Origin: Macrostomum lignano
Taxonomy: Eukaryota
Assembly: GCA_002269645.1 (NCBI GenBank)
Contig: NIVC01000236.1
Coordinates: 124,001 to 188,000, forward strand
Reading direction: 5' to 3'
DNA: 64,000 nt
This document shows, in pieces, positions 36,401 through 57,100 of the stretch (position 1 is its first letter; the number at the start of each line of letters is the position of its first letter). The position numbers and the translations under genes were made by a program. The notes beneath the pieces were generated by a model, which saw only the letters and a list, made by a program, of their open reading frames with translations, did not search any database and was not told the origin of the DNA.

Positions 36401-39281
36401 TGAGCCAGCAGCCCCATGGCGGCGGAGCGGAGGGCGGGAGGCGCCGTCATGAGCCAGCAGGCCGTTGCTGAGGGCAAAACAATGAAGTGGAGAAAAAAGA
36501 CTCAGCAAGGTGGGCTGGAAAAAAACAAACTTTGTAGCAGCGGATCAGCGGCTAAGTTTCAATTAACAGAGTCCTCAGAGCTGCCGCTGACGTGGGAACT
36601 GCTGCATGGGCGGATCTCGACATACACAAGTTTCCTGTTTCGCTAAGAGTTAAAAAGTCAGCTCTGCTTTCTGTCAAAGTCTGATTCGCGATTCTGCCAA
36701 GCTTATTTCGGAAATCATTGTGAGCCGGTCGGGTGACAAATCTGTCCTAGTCTTAACTCTGACTTAGAGTGAGCGATGCGAGCTGTTTGATGAGCTGAGG
36801 GCTTTCATCTTTGTTGGAGTTCTCGAGCCCAACTGGCTTGCTTTGCCTGGCTATTCAATTACTGAACTGCCTGTCTGCCTACCTGCCTACCCACCTGCCT
36901 ACCCACCTGCCTACCCATCTGCCTACCCACCTATTCACCTGCCTACCCACCTGCCTACCCACCTGCCTACCCACCTGCCTACCCACCTGCCTACCCACCT
37001 GCCTACCTAACTACCTACCCACCTACCTACCTAACTACCTACCCACCTACCTACCCACCTACCTACCCACCTACCTACCCACCTACCTACCCACCTACCT
37101 ACCCACCTACCTACCCACCTACCTACCTACCCACCTACCTACCTACCCACCTACCTACCCACCTACCTACCCACCTACCTACCCACCTACCTACCCACCT
37201 ACCTACCTAACTACCTACCCACCTACCTACCTAACTACCTACCCACCTACCTAACTACCTACCCACCTACCAACCTACCTACCCACCTACCCACCCATCT
37301 ACCTACCCACCTATTTACGTGCCTACCTACCTACCTACCTACCTACCTACCTACCTATCTACCTACCGATCAACCTACCCAGTACCTACCCACCAATCTA
37401 CCCACCTAACTGCCTACCCACCAATTCACGCACCTACCCACCTATCTACCTATCCACTTACCCACGTACCTACCTAACTACCTACCTACCTACCCACCCA
37501 CATCTGACCTAAAAGTCACCAGTTCCTGCTTTCTTTATCAATCATATTCTCCACCCTTCATCGTTTTTCTGTCGTTATATAGATATTAATTTCCAGCCTC
37601 AGGACCACCAGAGACGAGTCCTTTTTCTGGATCAAATCCAATTTTCTGAAAAACAACTACAAACGGAACTAAAAAGAGACAGGCGCCACCTCAAGCTAGC
37701 AGAGCCGAGAGCTCACCCGCGGAAAAGTATGCTCAAGAAAAAACAACATGGCTTGTGGCCTGTTTTCAGGCTGAGATGGAGCAGCCCGCCTCTCCCTTCT
37801 CATTCTTCAATGTTGCTTTTACGAGCTAAAAAGCAGCCTAAAATCCCGCGCTGCTACTTCCAGATCCCGGCATGAAAGCAGCACTTTTGCCTGCTTTGGG
37901 TCTTAGACCTGCCCCTTTTGTTTTTGCAGCCACAGCACAAAAGTCAAAGTGGATTGCTTGCTCTGACGGGCTGCACCGGCACAATGAGTCAGTTTTGTAT
38001 ACTTTTATGCTTTTTATACAATCCGACCAAACACTGACTCGCGAGCCTGCAGCAGGATAGAACTGACAGAAAAGAAATCTTCAACAATATCTGCAGATAA
38101 AAACTTGTCACAGATTCCAATGAACTCTATGCGATAGATGGATTAGATCTGTAGACTAACAACAACAAAATGCTCAGACCAGCAATCCATTCTACTCCAG
38201 TGCATGTAGGCTAGACTAGCAATCCATTCTACTCCATTGCATTTAGGCTAGACTAGCAATCCATTCTACTCCAGTGCATTTAGGCTAGACTAGCAATCCA
38301 TTCTACTCCAGTGCATGTAGGCTAGACTAGCAATCCATTCTACTCCATTGCATTTAGGCTAGACTAGCAATCCATTCTACTCCATTGCATTTAGGCTAGA
38401 CTAGCAATCCATTCTACTCCAGTGCATTTAGGCTAGACTAGCAATCCATTCTACTCCAGTGCATTTAGGTTAGACTAGCAATCCATTCTACTCCATTGCA
38501 TTTAGGCTAGACTAGCAATCCATTCTACTCCAGTGCATTTAGGCTAGACTAGCAATCCATTCTACTCCATTGCATTTAGGCTAGACTAGCAATCCATTCT
38601 ACTCCAGTGCATTTAGGCTAGACTAGCAATCCATTCTACTCCAGTGCATTTAGGCTATACTAGCAATCCATTCTACTCCAGTGCATTTAGGCTAGACTAG
38701 CAATCCATTCTACTCCAGTGCATTTAGGCTAGACTAGCAATCCATTCTACTCCATTGCATTTAAGCTAGACTAGCAATCCATTCTACTCCAGTAGTGCTT
38801 GTAGGCTAGACTAGCAATCCATTCTACTCCAGTAGTGCTTGTAGGCTAGACTAGCAATCCATTCTACTCCAGTAGTGCTTGTTGGCTAGACTAGCAATCC
38901 CTCGCAGAGTCGCAGAGACAAGGTGGAGATCCCGCCAGGAGCTCACCCCGCCAGCGTGGGGAACATCTGGCTCTCCGGGTAGCTGCTGTACTCCGAGTCC
39001 TTCATGATGGAGTCGCTGCCGGCAAACAGCTGGTAGTCGGGGTCGGCCTGGTTGTTGTAGCCCCGCTGGAAATTGAGCCGGCCGGTGCCGCTGCCCACGC
39101 CCGAGTAAACGATGCTAACGTCCGCCCAGGCGCTGCGGTGCGCACTGTAGCGGTCGCAGACGGCGATGTACACATTCTGCGGGAAGGTCGCCCCGCTGCC
39201 GCGCACAGTGATGGCTTCGGCCGAGCCGGCGGCTATCACGGTTACCATGCCAACCATGTTCAACAGCACAGCGCCTGTCAT
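27456..39281 (-). CDS. Single-pass receptor of about 1377 aa: signal peptide - PstS-type phosphate-binding ectodomain - TM - kinase-homology domain - coiled coil - degenerate guanylyl cyclase domain - low-complexity tail
   Basis: Phase-consistent exons 39281-38947, 34997-34374, 32028-31692, 31362-29230, 28160-27456 (4134 nt). PstS motifs: [50 protein letters not shown]: [23 protein letters not shown]: [42 protein letters not shown]. Cyclase-like: LFVRLDG, FGD, GLHCGPV, FEKR...TY. Confidence 0.88.
32125..32735. repeat. 22-bp minisatellite (with 11-bp half units) in receptor intron 2
   Basis: Tandem cactctacagtcctctcttgtc. Confidence 0.95.
33205..34200. repeat. 32-bp minisatellite grading into a related 30-bp unit (receptor intron 2)
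   Basis: tctactctcattgccggcccagtagtccttgt, then tctactcattgcctgtacaatagtccttat. Confidence 0.93.
35080..35520. repeat. Adjacent 29/30-bp and 16-bp minisatellites (receptor intron 1)
   Basis: ctactcaagcccctgacacactccaggg-type units to about 35298, then catgcctgtatcacgc units. Confidence 0.9.
36075..36460. repeat. 49-bp GC-rich minisatellite (receptor intron 1)
   Basis: catggcggcggagcggagggcgggaggcgccgtcatgagccagcagccc, period 49 (36121, 36170...). Confidence 0.95.
36865..37500. repeat. (CCTA/CCCA)-derived microsatellite (receptor intron 1)
   Basis: cctacccaccta-type repeats. Confidence 0.93.
38178..38900. repeat. 37-bp minisatellite (receptor intron 1)
   Basis: Tandem ctagactagcaatccattctactccagtgcatttagg. 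Confidence 0.95.
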
Positions 39282-39883
39282 GCTTGCTAAGAGTCGGCAG
39301 GGAGGTCAAAGCCCCCTCCTAGAGTCCCGAGTCCAGCGGTGGCTATGGAGGCTGCGCTAAAATTCTCTGGACTGCCTGCCGGATGCCGCATCCCGCCAGG
39401 ATTAAATTATACACAAAGTCGCCGCACCCCTGCCGTCTGCCTCCAGCCAGTGCGGCTCAGCTGAGGGTCGAGAGGGAACTGGTCACCCGCACCCAGCCAA
39501 TCAGCGCACGGCTCAGCAGGTACCGGCGATTCTTGGCCAGATGAGCTTCATCGGCTGCTAGTTCGAAGGCAAACAGGCAATTCATCACTAATTGACAACT
39601 GGCAGTCACCTCATTACTCACTGACAGACAACTGGCAGGTACTGATTATTCGCAAGGGACTTAGTCAGGCTAAAACGCCATTTTAAATCAATTTAAGACG
39701 CAGACAACAGCCGCAAATCGCGATTTTCGGGTAAGAGCAGGTCGGAGGATTTATTTGCTCTTGGTCAATTTGAGTTCCCGAGGATCACACAGCCCTCTGC
39801 TACAGATGAAAGCGGAATATCAGGATAAATATGAGCGCAGTGTTCATGGGAGAATGAGCTGGAGTCTGTCAGCCCTGAAGGGG

Positions 39884-47772
<7,889 letters not shown>

Positions 47773-49256
47773 CCTTGATGGCGCAATTCATTTACGATTT
47801 ATAAAGGAGGAACTTTAGAAAATCCAACATCAATTATAAGAAGTTACTCGAATGGTGCCTGCTGGGGTCTTCCACATTTCACAACCCGGCAATCTTCTAG
47901 TCGCAACCCCACATTCATCTACATGAACCTACACGGGCACTGACTAGAGTAAAGATTAACGATTTCTGCGTCTACTACCGCTGACTGCCAGTGATAACTG
48001 TCAGTGACAACTGACTGCCAGTGACAGCTGTCAGTGATAACTGACTGCCAGTGACAGCTGACAGTGACAACTGACTGCCAGTGACAGCTGACTGTGACAA
48101 CTGACTGCCAGTAACAGTGACTGCCAGTGACAGCTAGTGATATACTACTCAAGTAGAATAACGGGAAACTACATATCTTAGAAAATTGGCACGGGACATG
48201 TACGTAGGATGTAAAATTAACATAGAATCCTAAGTACAAACATCAATAGAGCTATAAAAAGGCCAGACATATCAAAATATAAATTTTGGGTCTGCCTTCT
48301 ATCAAAAGCAATAAATTTTTTTGCTGAAGAAATTCACCGCAATTATTTTCGGTCAAACCGGCCTCCAAAATATCTCCGAGAAATGTCCGTCCTACTTAAT
48401 CAGTCCTTGATTTAAATAAGCAATCTATCCACTATTTGATCAGCGAGCTTACAGAAATTCATTTTCGACAAACTAGCGCTTTCAAATGAAAGCCTCGTAT
48501 TTTTATTGCAAGTGACTTTGTTCAACATTTGAAGCAACCAGTTGCATTGCTGGCATGCCATGCCATGCCAATTTTCCCAAGATGTCAAATATCTTCAGCA
48601 GGGAAATCGCTGGCAGTAGCATGACAGAACTCCCAGTGCCTTACCGGATCAGCCAGAAATGTTTTCTCGCACTAGATAGATGATGACAGGTCAGGTTCTC
48701 CGTGGAGAAGCTGAGCAGATCTGTCCAAGAGATATTTTAATACACAGTGGCGCGCAGTGTAGGACTGTAGATTTACACTCCGCTGCGGGTGCAGAGATCT
48801 CCTTCCTGCCACCTTGGAGCGCCCGCCTCCTCGCCCAGTGTACGAGCCGCGCACACCGGGACCACCGGACCGCACATCCGAGCGGGCTGGGGGCGGGCGC
48901 TCCACTTGCAGATAAAATGTACACAGCAACGGGAAAGTAAGAGAGCGGAGAAAGGAAAGGCGAAAATGCAGCAGACAGCAGCAGCGGGGTAAGGCAGCCC
49001 CTGTCCCCGCTGTGTGCAAAAGTATAATATTAGTCGATAGCAAGCAGTTGCGCACAGGCACGCCTTCTGGTCTGCAATGCGTCACCGAACTTATTTATCA
49101 ATTAAGATTTCAAGAATTCAGAGACATTTATGAAGTCATGCAAATTAAAATTGGCCAGCTAGACTCACCATGCTTATCTGATAATGTTGCACTGAATAAC
49201 TTTTGAGTAAACTGCTTTTCTAGGCTCACATACTTGCAGTGATCACTTTTTGTTTG

Positions 49257-50425
49257 GTGGAATACAGTAGTATTCCAATCAGTCTTGACAAAACTACACT
49301 TGTGCAGTGGTATGAAGGGGTTGCATCAATGCATAATTAACTTGTGAAGGTTCGGACTTGTGAAATTTGGAACTTGTGAAGGATCGGACTTGTGAAATTT
49401 GGAACTTGTGAAGGTTCGGACTTGTGAAATTTGGAACTTGTAAAGGTTCGGACTTGTGAAATTTGGAACTTTTGAAATTTGGAACTTGTGAAGGTCCGGA
49501 CTTGTGAAATTTGGAGCTTGTGAAGGTTCGGACTTGTGAAGGTTCGGACTTGTGAAATTTGGAGCTTGTGAAGGTTCGGACTTGTGAAGGTTCGGACTTG
49601 TGAAATTTGGAGCTTGTGAAGGTTCGGACTTGTGAAGGTTCGGACTTGTGAAATTTGGAGCTTGTGAAGGTTCGGACTTGTGAAGGTTCGGACTTGTGAA
49701 ATTTGGAGCTTGTGAAGGTTTGGACTTGTGAAATTTGGAACTTGTGAAGGTTTGGACTTGTGAAATTTGGAGCTTGTGAAGGTTCGGACTTGTGAAGGTT
49801 CGGACTTGTGAAATTTGGAACTTGTGAAGGTTCGGACTTGTGAAATTTGGAGCTTGTGAAGGTTCGGACTTGTGAAATTTGGAGCTTGTGAAGGTTCGGA
49901 CTTGTGAAATTTGGAACCTGTGAAGGTTCGGACTTGTGAAGGTTCGGACTTGTGAAGGTTCGGACTTGTGAAATTTGGAGCTTGTGAAGGTTCGGACTTG
50001 TGAAGGTTCGGACTTGTGAAATTTAGAGCTTGTGAAGGTTCAGACTTGTGAAATTTGGAACTTGTGAAGGTTCGGACTTTTGAAATTTGGAACTTGTGAA
50101 ATTTGGAACCTGTAAAGGTTCGGACTTGTGAAATTTGGAACTTGTGGAATACAGTAGTATTCCAATCAGTCTTGACAAAACTACACTTGTGCAGTGGTAT
50201 GAAGGGGTTGCATCAATGCATAATTAACTTGTGAAGGTTCGGACTTGTGAAATTTGGAGCTTGTGAAGGTCCGGACTTGTGAAATTTGGAGCTTGTGAAG
50301 GGTCGGACTTGTGAAGGTTCGGACTTGTGAAATTTGGAACTTGTGAAGGTTCGGACTTGTGAAATTTGGAGCTTGTGAAGGTTCGGACTTGTGAAATTTG
50401 GAACTTGTGAAGGTTCGGACTTGTG
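49257..50425. repeat. 16-bp two-variant minisatellite with a duplicated unique header of about 84 bp
   Basis: ttgtgaaggttcggac / ttgtgaaatttggaac units. The header gtggaatacagtagtattcc...gcataattaa occurs at 49257 and 50144. Confidence 0.92.
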
Positions 50426-51196
50426 ATGCTTTCAAGGTTAAGAAGCACTCCTCTCCTCTATCTACGCTCGTACACACAACTGCCGCTCTGTGGTCACTGT
50501 GACGCATTCATCAAGTCTAATGTGGTTCAGTGGTTTACTCGTAAGTAAAATGAGATTTAAGAAGTCTAATAAATCAATTTTTTCGAATAAAGAGAATTGG
50601 CATAGGATTAAATTATATTGGGGCAGCGGCCGGACCGACTCGGTGCACTGTAATATTTAAATCAGTTTAATTAAGGGCAGGATGATAATAAAAGTGGCTT
50701 ACAAATTGTGCACTATAAATATATAAACATTACGAAATTCGCACCACAGATTGATTATTGTAACAAAAGAAAGCTGTTGGGACTATAAAATAAAGGACAA
50801 AAATTGGTGTAACAATAAAAACATTTCGGGAGTTCAGATTAAAAGCATTATTGAGACTTACAGACAAGCTTCAGAGTACGATTGTAATAAAATGCAGACA
50901 AACACAAAACAGTGCAGTGAGTAATCATTTTTACTTATTAGGTAGGAATTGCGCCATGCAAAACGCTGCTTGTTAGCTTGTAAAATTAGCACCGAACGTC
51001 ACTGAACTGTAGAAAAAAGACAAGCAGTACTCAAAGCAGGTATGAAATGCCTCGCATTAAATAGCTGATCAAATATGGAAACTGTTTAAAAAGTGTTATA
51101 AAAATATTGGGACTTTAGTAGAAAAAATTGAGATAAAAACAGTTTGGTAGCTACTTAAAGTAGTTTAAAGCTGAAAAACAGCACTCAATAGCTGGC

Positions 51197-54100
51197 TCAG
51201 CCCTGGCAGCTCAGACAGGCCTCCTTGTTCTCCAGCGAGCAGAGCATGTCCTTCTGGTTCTGCAGGCGGAGCTCCTGCATAGCGGCCTCCGCCTGCTTGG
51301 TGTCGCCAGCCGGTTCGGAGGCGTCGTTCTCCTTGCCCTTGACCCGAACCCTGGCCTTGTCCACGGTGAACTGGATTGGCTGGGCGGCCGGCCTGGTGCG
51401 CAGGTAGTACATGCCGGTCTTCAGGCCGCTGCGCCAGGCGAAGAAGTGCATGCTGGTGATCTTGGCAAAGTTGGGCTGGGCGATGTGCAGGTTCAGGCTC
51501 TGGCTCTGGTCAATGTAGGCGCCGCGGTCGGCGGCCATTTCCATGATGCGCTTCTGCGGGATCTCCCACACCGTCTTGTACAGGTCCTTCACCTCCTGCG
51601 GTATGCCATCGATGCTCTGGACGGAGCCCTGCGGAGTGACAATGGGTCAGCTGGGATAGAACATGTGCATAGAACATATAATACTTCGTATCTAATTGTC
51701 CTTTTCAGAGTCGAATTTCAGAATGGCCGCTCAAAGGCCAATGCGCCAACCAGGATGTCTCTAAATAGCTAATTATTGATGCATACGACTCACCTGGTTA
51801 GCCACGATTGCAGTCTTCAGATCGTCTGACCAGAGACCCAGCCTGGTGAGGTCGCGCAGCAGATGCGGATTAACCACCTGGAATTCGCCGGACAGAACCC
51901 GCCTGCTGTACACATTGCTAGTGTAGGCCTCAATGCTCTCATTGTTGCCGAGAATTTGAGCTGTGGAGGCGGTAGGCATCGGGGCCAGCAGGAGGCTATT
52001 GCGCAGGCCGTACTTGGCAATGTCCGCCCGCAGCTGAGTCCAGTTCAGGCCAATGTCCGGCCTGTCCGGCGTGGCCACGGACCACATGTCCGGCTGCAGG
52101 ATGCCCTTGCTGGCCGGGCTGCCCGGATGGGTCTCGTGCGGCCCGAACTTGCGGGCCTCCATGCAGCTGGCCTCCAGCGCTGAATAATAGATGGTGGCGA
52201 AGATGTCCTTGTTGAGCTGGGCGGCCTCCGGGGACTCCCAGGCGTAGCGCATCAGCTGGAAGGCGTCCGCCAGACCCTGCACGCCGATGCCGATGGGCCG
52301 GTGGCGCATGTTGGAGCGCTCGGCCTCCGGCACCGGGTAGAAGTTGATGTCGATGATGCGGTTCAGGTTGCGGACAACAACGTGGGTCACGTGACGCAGC
52401 ATGGCGAAGTCGAACTGTCCGGGCTCCTTCACGAACCTGGCGGATGGAGAGAGTGGATTATCAGTCAATACGGTCCCGAGATGGTACCCAGGCGGTTAGG
52501 CCAAGAAGCGTCACTTGCGTCACCCCAAAATCGTTTCAGAGTCAGGTAAAATAGGAGAGAAATGACTCTAAACGACTATAAAACGGCGAGATGTCATGGC
52601 ACAAGTCCTCAAAAAGTCGTCCAAGAATCACTTTGAAGCGTTTGGTTTATTGTCTGCGGCTCTGGGGCCGTAGAGTCGAATTTGAGGCGTGCTAGAGTCG
52701 CTGTGTAGTGTGTCATCGAGTTTCTTGAAGCCGTTTGCGTTGCTTAGGCCGGGAATTAGTCACGTCTCCAGCGCTTCAGTGGCGTTCTTCAATCGCTAAA
52801 AGTCGCAGAAGCGCTCTAGCGTCAGTGTAGAATCGTTTGTGCGTCACTTCTGAGACGCTCTGGATGGAGTGTAGCTTATTGAACTGCACTCAAGTAACCT
52901 GTTGAGTTAAACACCAACGCAACGATTCTTAGACGACTCTTTCACGATTCTACAACTCGCGTGACGCACCTGCGACGTAACAGTCGCCTCTCCGTCGTAT
53001 TAGACGAGTTTGAGTCGTTAAAAAGCCACAAGAGTTGCCGTAGAGTCACTAGAGCCACTAGAGAGTTGTTTTCAACAGCTTTTAGGCAACTCTTGTCACG
53101 GTACCGTTTTTAACGTGAGCGCGGTCACACCTCTAATAAGCAAAAAAACTCGCAGACGGAGCAAATTAAATTACAAACCATTTCTCACCTGTTCAGTGCT
53201 ACGCTGGCCAGATTGCACACTGCCACCTCATCTGGGCTGCTGTATTCGACAATCTCCGTGCACAGGTTTGAGCACTTGATGGTGCCAAGGTGCTGCTGGT
53301 TGCTCTTGGAGTTGCACGAGTCCTTGTACAGCATGTAGGGCGTGCCAGTCTCGATCTGGGCCTCGATAATTGCGTACCAGAGCTCCTGGGCGCGCACTGT
53401 CTTGCGCCCCTTGCCGGCCGATTCGTATGACTCGTACAGCTTGACGAAATCCGCGCCCCAGGCATCGGACAGGCCGGGACACTCGTGCGGGTCCATGAGG
53501 GTCCACTGGCCGTTGGACTCGACGCGCTGCATGAAGAGGTCCGGCACCCAGAGCGCGTAGAACAGGTCGCGGGCTCGATTCTCATCTTTGCCGGTGTTCT
53601 TGCGCAGGTCGAGGAATTCGAACACATCCGGGTGCCAAGGCTCCAGGTAGATGGCGAATGCACCGGGCCGCTTGTTGCCGCCCTGGTCAACATACCTGCC
53701 GATGGGGGGCGAGTGGCTTATGAGTTGGGTTAAATTCTGAGGATCCCTGCACACACTATCTCCTCTCTGAGGATCCCCTGCATACATTATCCCCTCCCTG
53801 AGGATCGCCTGCACATACTATCCCCTGCCTGAGGATCCCTTGCACACATTATCCACTCCCTGAGGATCCCCTGTACACATCATCTCCTCCCTGGGGATCC
53901 CCTGCATACATTATCCCCTGCCTGAGGGTATATAAAACCCCCTGCGAATATTATCCCGTGATCTGGGGATAGCATGATTAATCTTCAACTTTAGCAGTAA
54001 AGGGAAGTAAGAAACAAATAGATATTATAATTACCTGGCCGTATTGTTAAACACCCTCAGCAAGGGCACGATGCCATTCGAGGTGCCATTGGTGCCGGCA

Positions 54101-57100
54101 ATGTAGGAGCCGGTGCTGCGAATGCAGTGAATGTTGAGGCCGACTCCGCCAGCAGACTTGGAGATGAGGGCGCACTGCTTCAGAGTGTCGTAGATGCCCT
54201 CAATGCTGTCGTCCTTCATGGTGAGCAGGAAGCAGGAGCTCAGCTGCGGCTTCGGTGTGCCGGCATTAAACAGAGTAGGACTGGCGTGGGTGAACCACCT
54301 GTGCGACATGAGCTCGTAGGACTCGATGGCCGCCTCCACGTTGCCGCAGTGGATGCCGCAGGCCACGCGCATCAGCAGGTGCTGCGGCCGCTCGGCGACT
54401 CGCTTGTTAATCTTCAACAGGTAGGACCTCTCCAAGGTCTTGAAGCCGAAGTAGTTATAGTGCAGGTCGCGCTCAAAATCGATAGCGGAGTCAAGGCGCT
54501 CGCGATTGGCCAGCACGAAATCCAGGAAGTTGCGCGTCACCATAGGCGAGTGCAGGCCAGTCTTGGGATTCACGTACTCGTACAGGTCAGTCATCACCTC
54601 GGAGAACTTTGCCTTGGTGTCCTTGTGCAGGTTGGACACGGCAATGCGAGCGGCCAGAATGGCATAGTCCGGGTGCTTCGTTGTCATCGTGGCGGCCGTC
54701 TCAGCTGCCAGGTTGTCCAACTCGGAGGTTGTGACGCCCGGGTAAAGCCCGCTAATCACCTTGCGCGTAATCGCCGCCTGCGCATTGAAAGGCAGAGCCA
54801 AGATACTACAAGTGCTGAAGTACATATATGCTACTGACTACTAACTAGTAGGCAATGTGAAGGCACTTACCGGCTCAACATAGTCTTCATTCAAGCCGCT
54901 GCAGAGGCTCTGAATGCGTGCAGTAATTTTATCATAGTGCACTTTTTCACGCCTCTGATCTAAAAATTTTGGTGGGAATTGAAAATGCCATTTAGTTGGT
55001 GCAAACTTGAAATAACTAGGCCAGTTCATATAATTACCATTGAATTAAGAGCAGAGCCTAAATCGGGTACATAAATTATCAGAACTCTTAGTTTTATTAC
55101 ATGTATAAATCAATGTATTGACTGGTAGCAGTTTTGGGTTTCTAGCATTGTAAAAATGACTTAATTTCAAAGAAAAAATGTTGTTTCATTTATATTAGTC
55201 AAAAAGATTTTTTATTTCTATTATACTAACATTTTCACAAGATTGTATATTAAACCAAGTATTTAATGTCTATTCTAACAATATATACTCAAATATTCAA
55301 AAATCATATATCTCATTGCTAATACTAGGGAATTTAGTTAGATTTTTTAAGTTTTTTGTTTAATTTTAATTTTAATTTTGTTTAGTTTTAGTTAATTTAA
55401 TAGATCTCATTTACAAAATTAACACTAGTGTCGTGATCCTTTACTTTTGCACATTTTTATTTTTATAATTATTTTCTTGGAAATCTGCAGTTCAAATGGG
55501 TACATAATAATGTGGCTTGAAATATTTGTCTCTCATATATCAGTTAGGTGGGTAAACTTAATTAGTAGTCAATTAGTGATTGGTGGATATAATAGACTTA
55601 CAACTCAAAGCAGTCACACAACTAATATCATGGCTAGCTAGCTGTCTATCTGCACTTACAACCATTGTTTATTGTTGCTTTTCATCTATACAGCTCTTAT
55701 CAATATTAACAGTTTTATTAGTTAGCAGTTAACAATCTATTATCAATATCTCTATTGAATCTATAATAATATTCATCATTAGATTGAATAGAAGCTACAA
55801 TTTTTAAAAGAAAAAATTAAATATGAGAAAGTAAAAGATTGATAAGACACTTTACTTTAGAAAACTGGTCAATTAATAAAAGTTGGAAAACTTTGGTCTA
55901 ATTTTGGTATAGTGCAAAAAATTATAGTTTTGTCCAGATTAGAAATATAAGCCTAAAATTTTAAATAGAAACATAGTTAATTACTCAGCATATTTTTATA
56001 CAAAAATTTAAAATCTATATACAATAATTCTTATCACATGTTCAATAACTCTTACTAGATCATTGCTTATTTCTCAGAGTTCTAAGAGTGTTGTGAAGAA
56101 GGTCAGAAAGTCAGGAATTGGAATTTATGCAAAAAGGAGTACTAAGAATAAGTGCCATGACCTTCTAATCTTAGTAACACCCAGACTAGAAAAAAAGTAC
56201 ATATACCAATACCAGTAGGACCACTCAGGTCAAAATTATATACCAGATGCTACCAGAATGCTATTAAGAACACTACTAGAACCAGTGTTGGGTACTAGTC
56301 TATTAATAAGTGTTAACCCATTAATAAGCATTAAGACTTTAAGTGTTAAGATTTTTCTTTAAAATTATTGGACTGCCATTAAGATTTTTTGAACTAACAG
56401 ATTAAAAAAATTGCATTAATAATTTTGTGAGTTAATAACAAATTTATCATTAACATTAATGGCAATGTCAATGACCAAAGATGCAAAGAAAGAACAAAAA
56501 TTTAAGTCTGAAGAGAAGTTACAACCAGATATATTAAATGAATTTATTTAAATGCCCAATTAATCTCAATTAATCAAATTAGTCAATGATCATGCAAATT
56601 AACAATTTCTTATTATGAACTTTAATTATGAATTATGCTTGTAAAATATTGTGAACTTTATTGCTTGCGTGTGAGCATGGATTGCTTTGATTTACTTCTT
56701 CTTTAATCTTTCGTAACTTTCTGCTACACCTGCTAATGCTACAGAAACAACCTTTATATTTGTATTTTATTATTAACTAATTAGCTTTCAAGTTTCAAAT
56801 AAATAAGATACTTCTTTTACCATATGCTTACTTTTAGTAGTATTATAAATACAAGTTTTTAAAATTATTATTTATTACTTTTTAGCTTGTAGATCACTTA
56901 GACAACCTTTGTGTTTTGCTAAAAAGGTGGAAAAGCAAAGATAGTGCATTATGGAAGTCTGTTTAAAAAAAGTGCAAGATTTCTATATTTTTGTGTTAAC
57001 TTTAATGGATTAATGCTTATTAATGACTATTAGTTAACTTTCAGTTAACTTGACAAAATTAAGAGTTAATAAGTTAGGCCTAAGATTTTCTTGTTTTAAC

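Noticed and set aside
39150-39215. DING-family protein
   Set aside because: The predicted mature N-terminus is [11 protein letters not shown], not DINGGGATLP, and the sequence follows ordinary PstS spacing.
34374-39281. PstS region as bacterial contamination or a recent unintegrated HGT
   Set aside because: It is split by canonical GT-AG introns full of host-type minisatellites, is in phase with the TM/kinase exons, and has a eukaryotic signal peptide without a lipobox plus N-glycosylation sequons.
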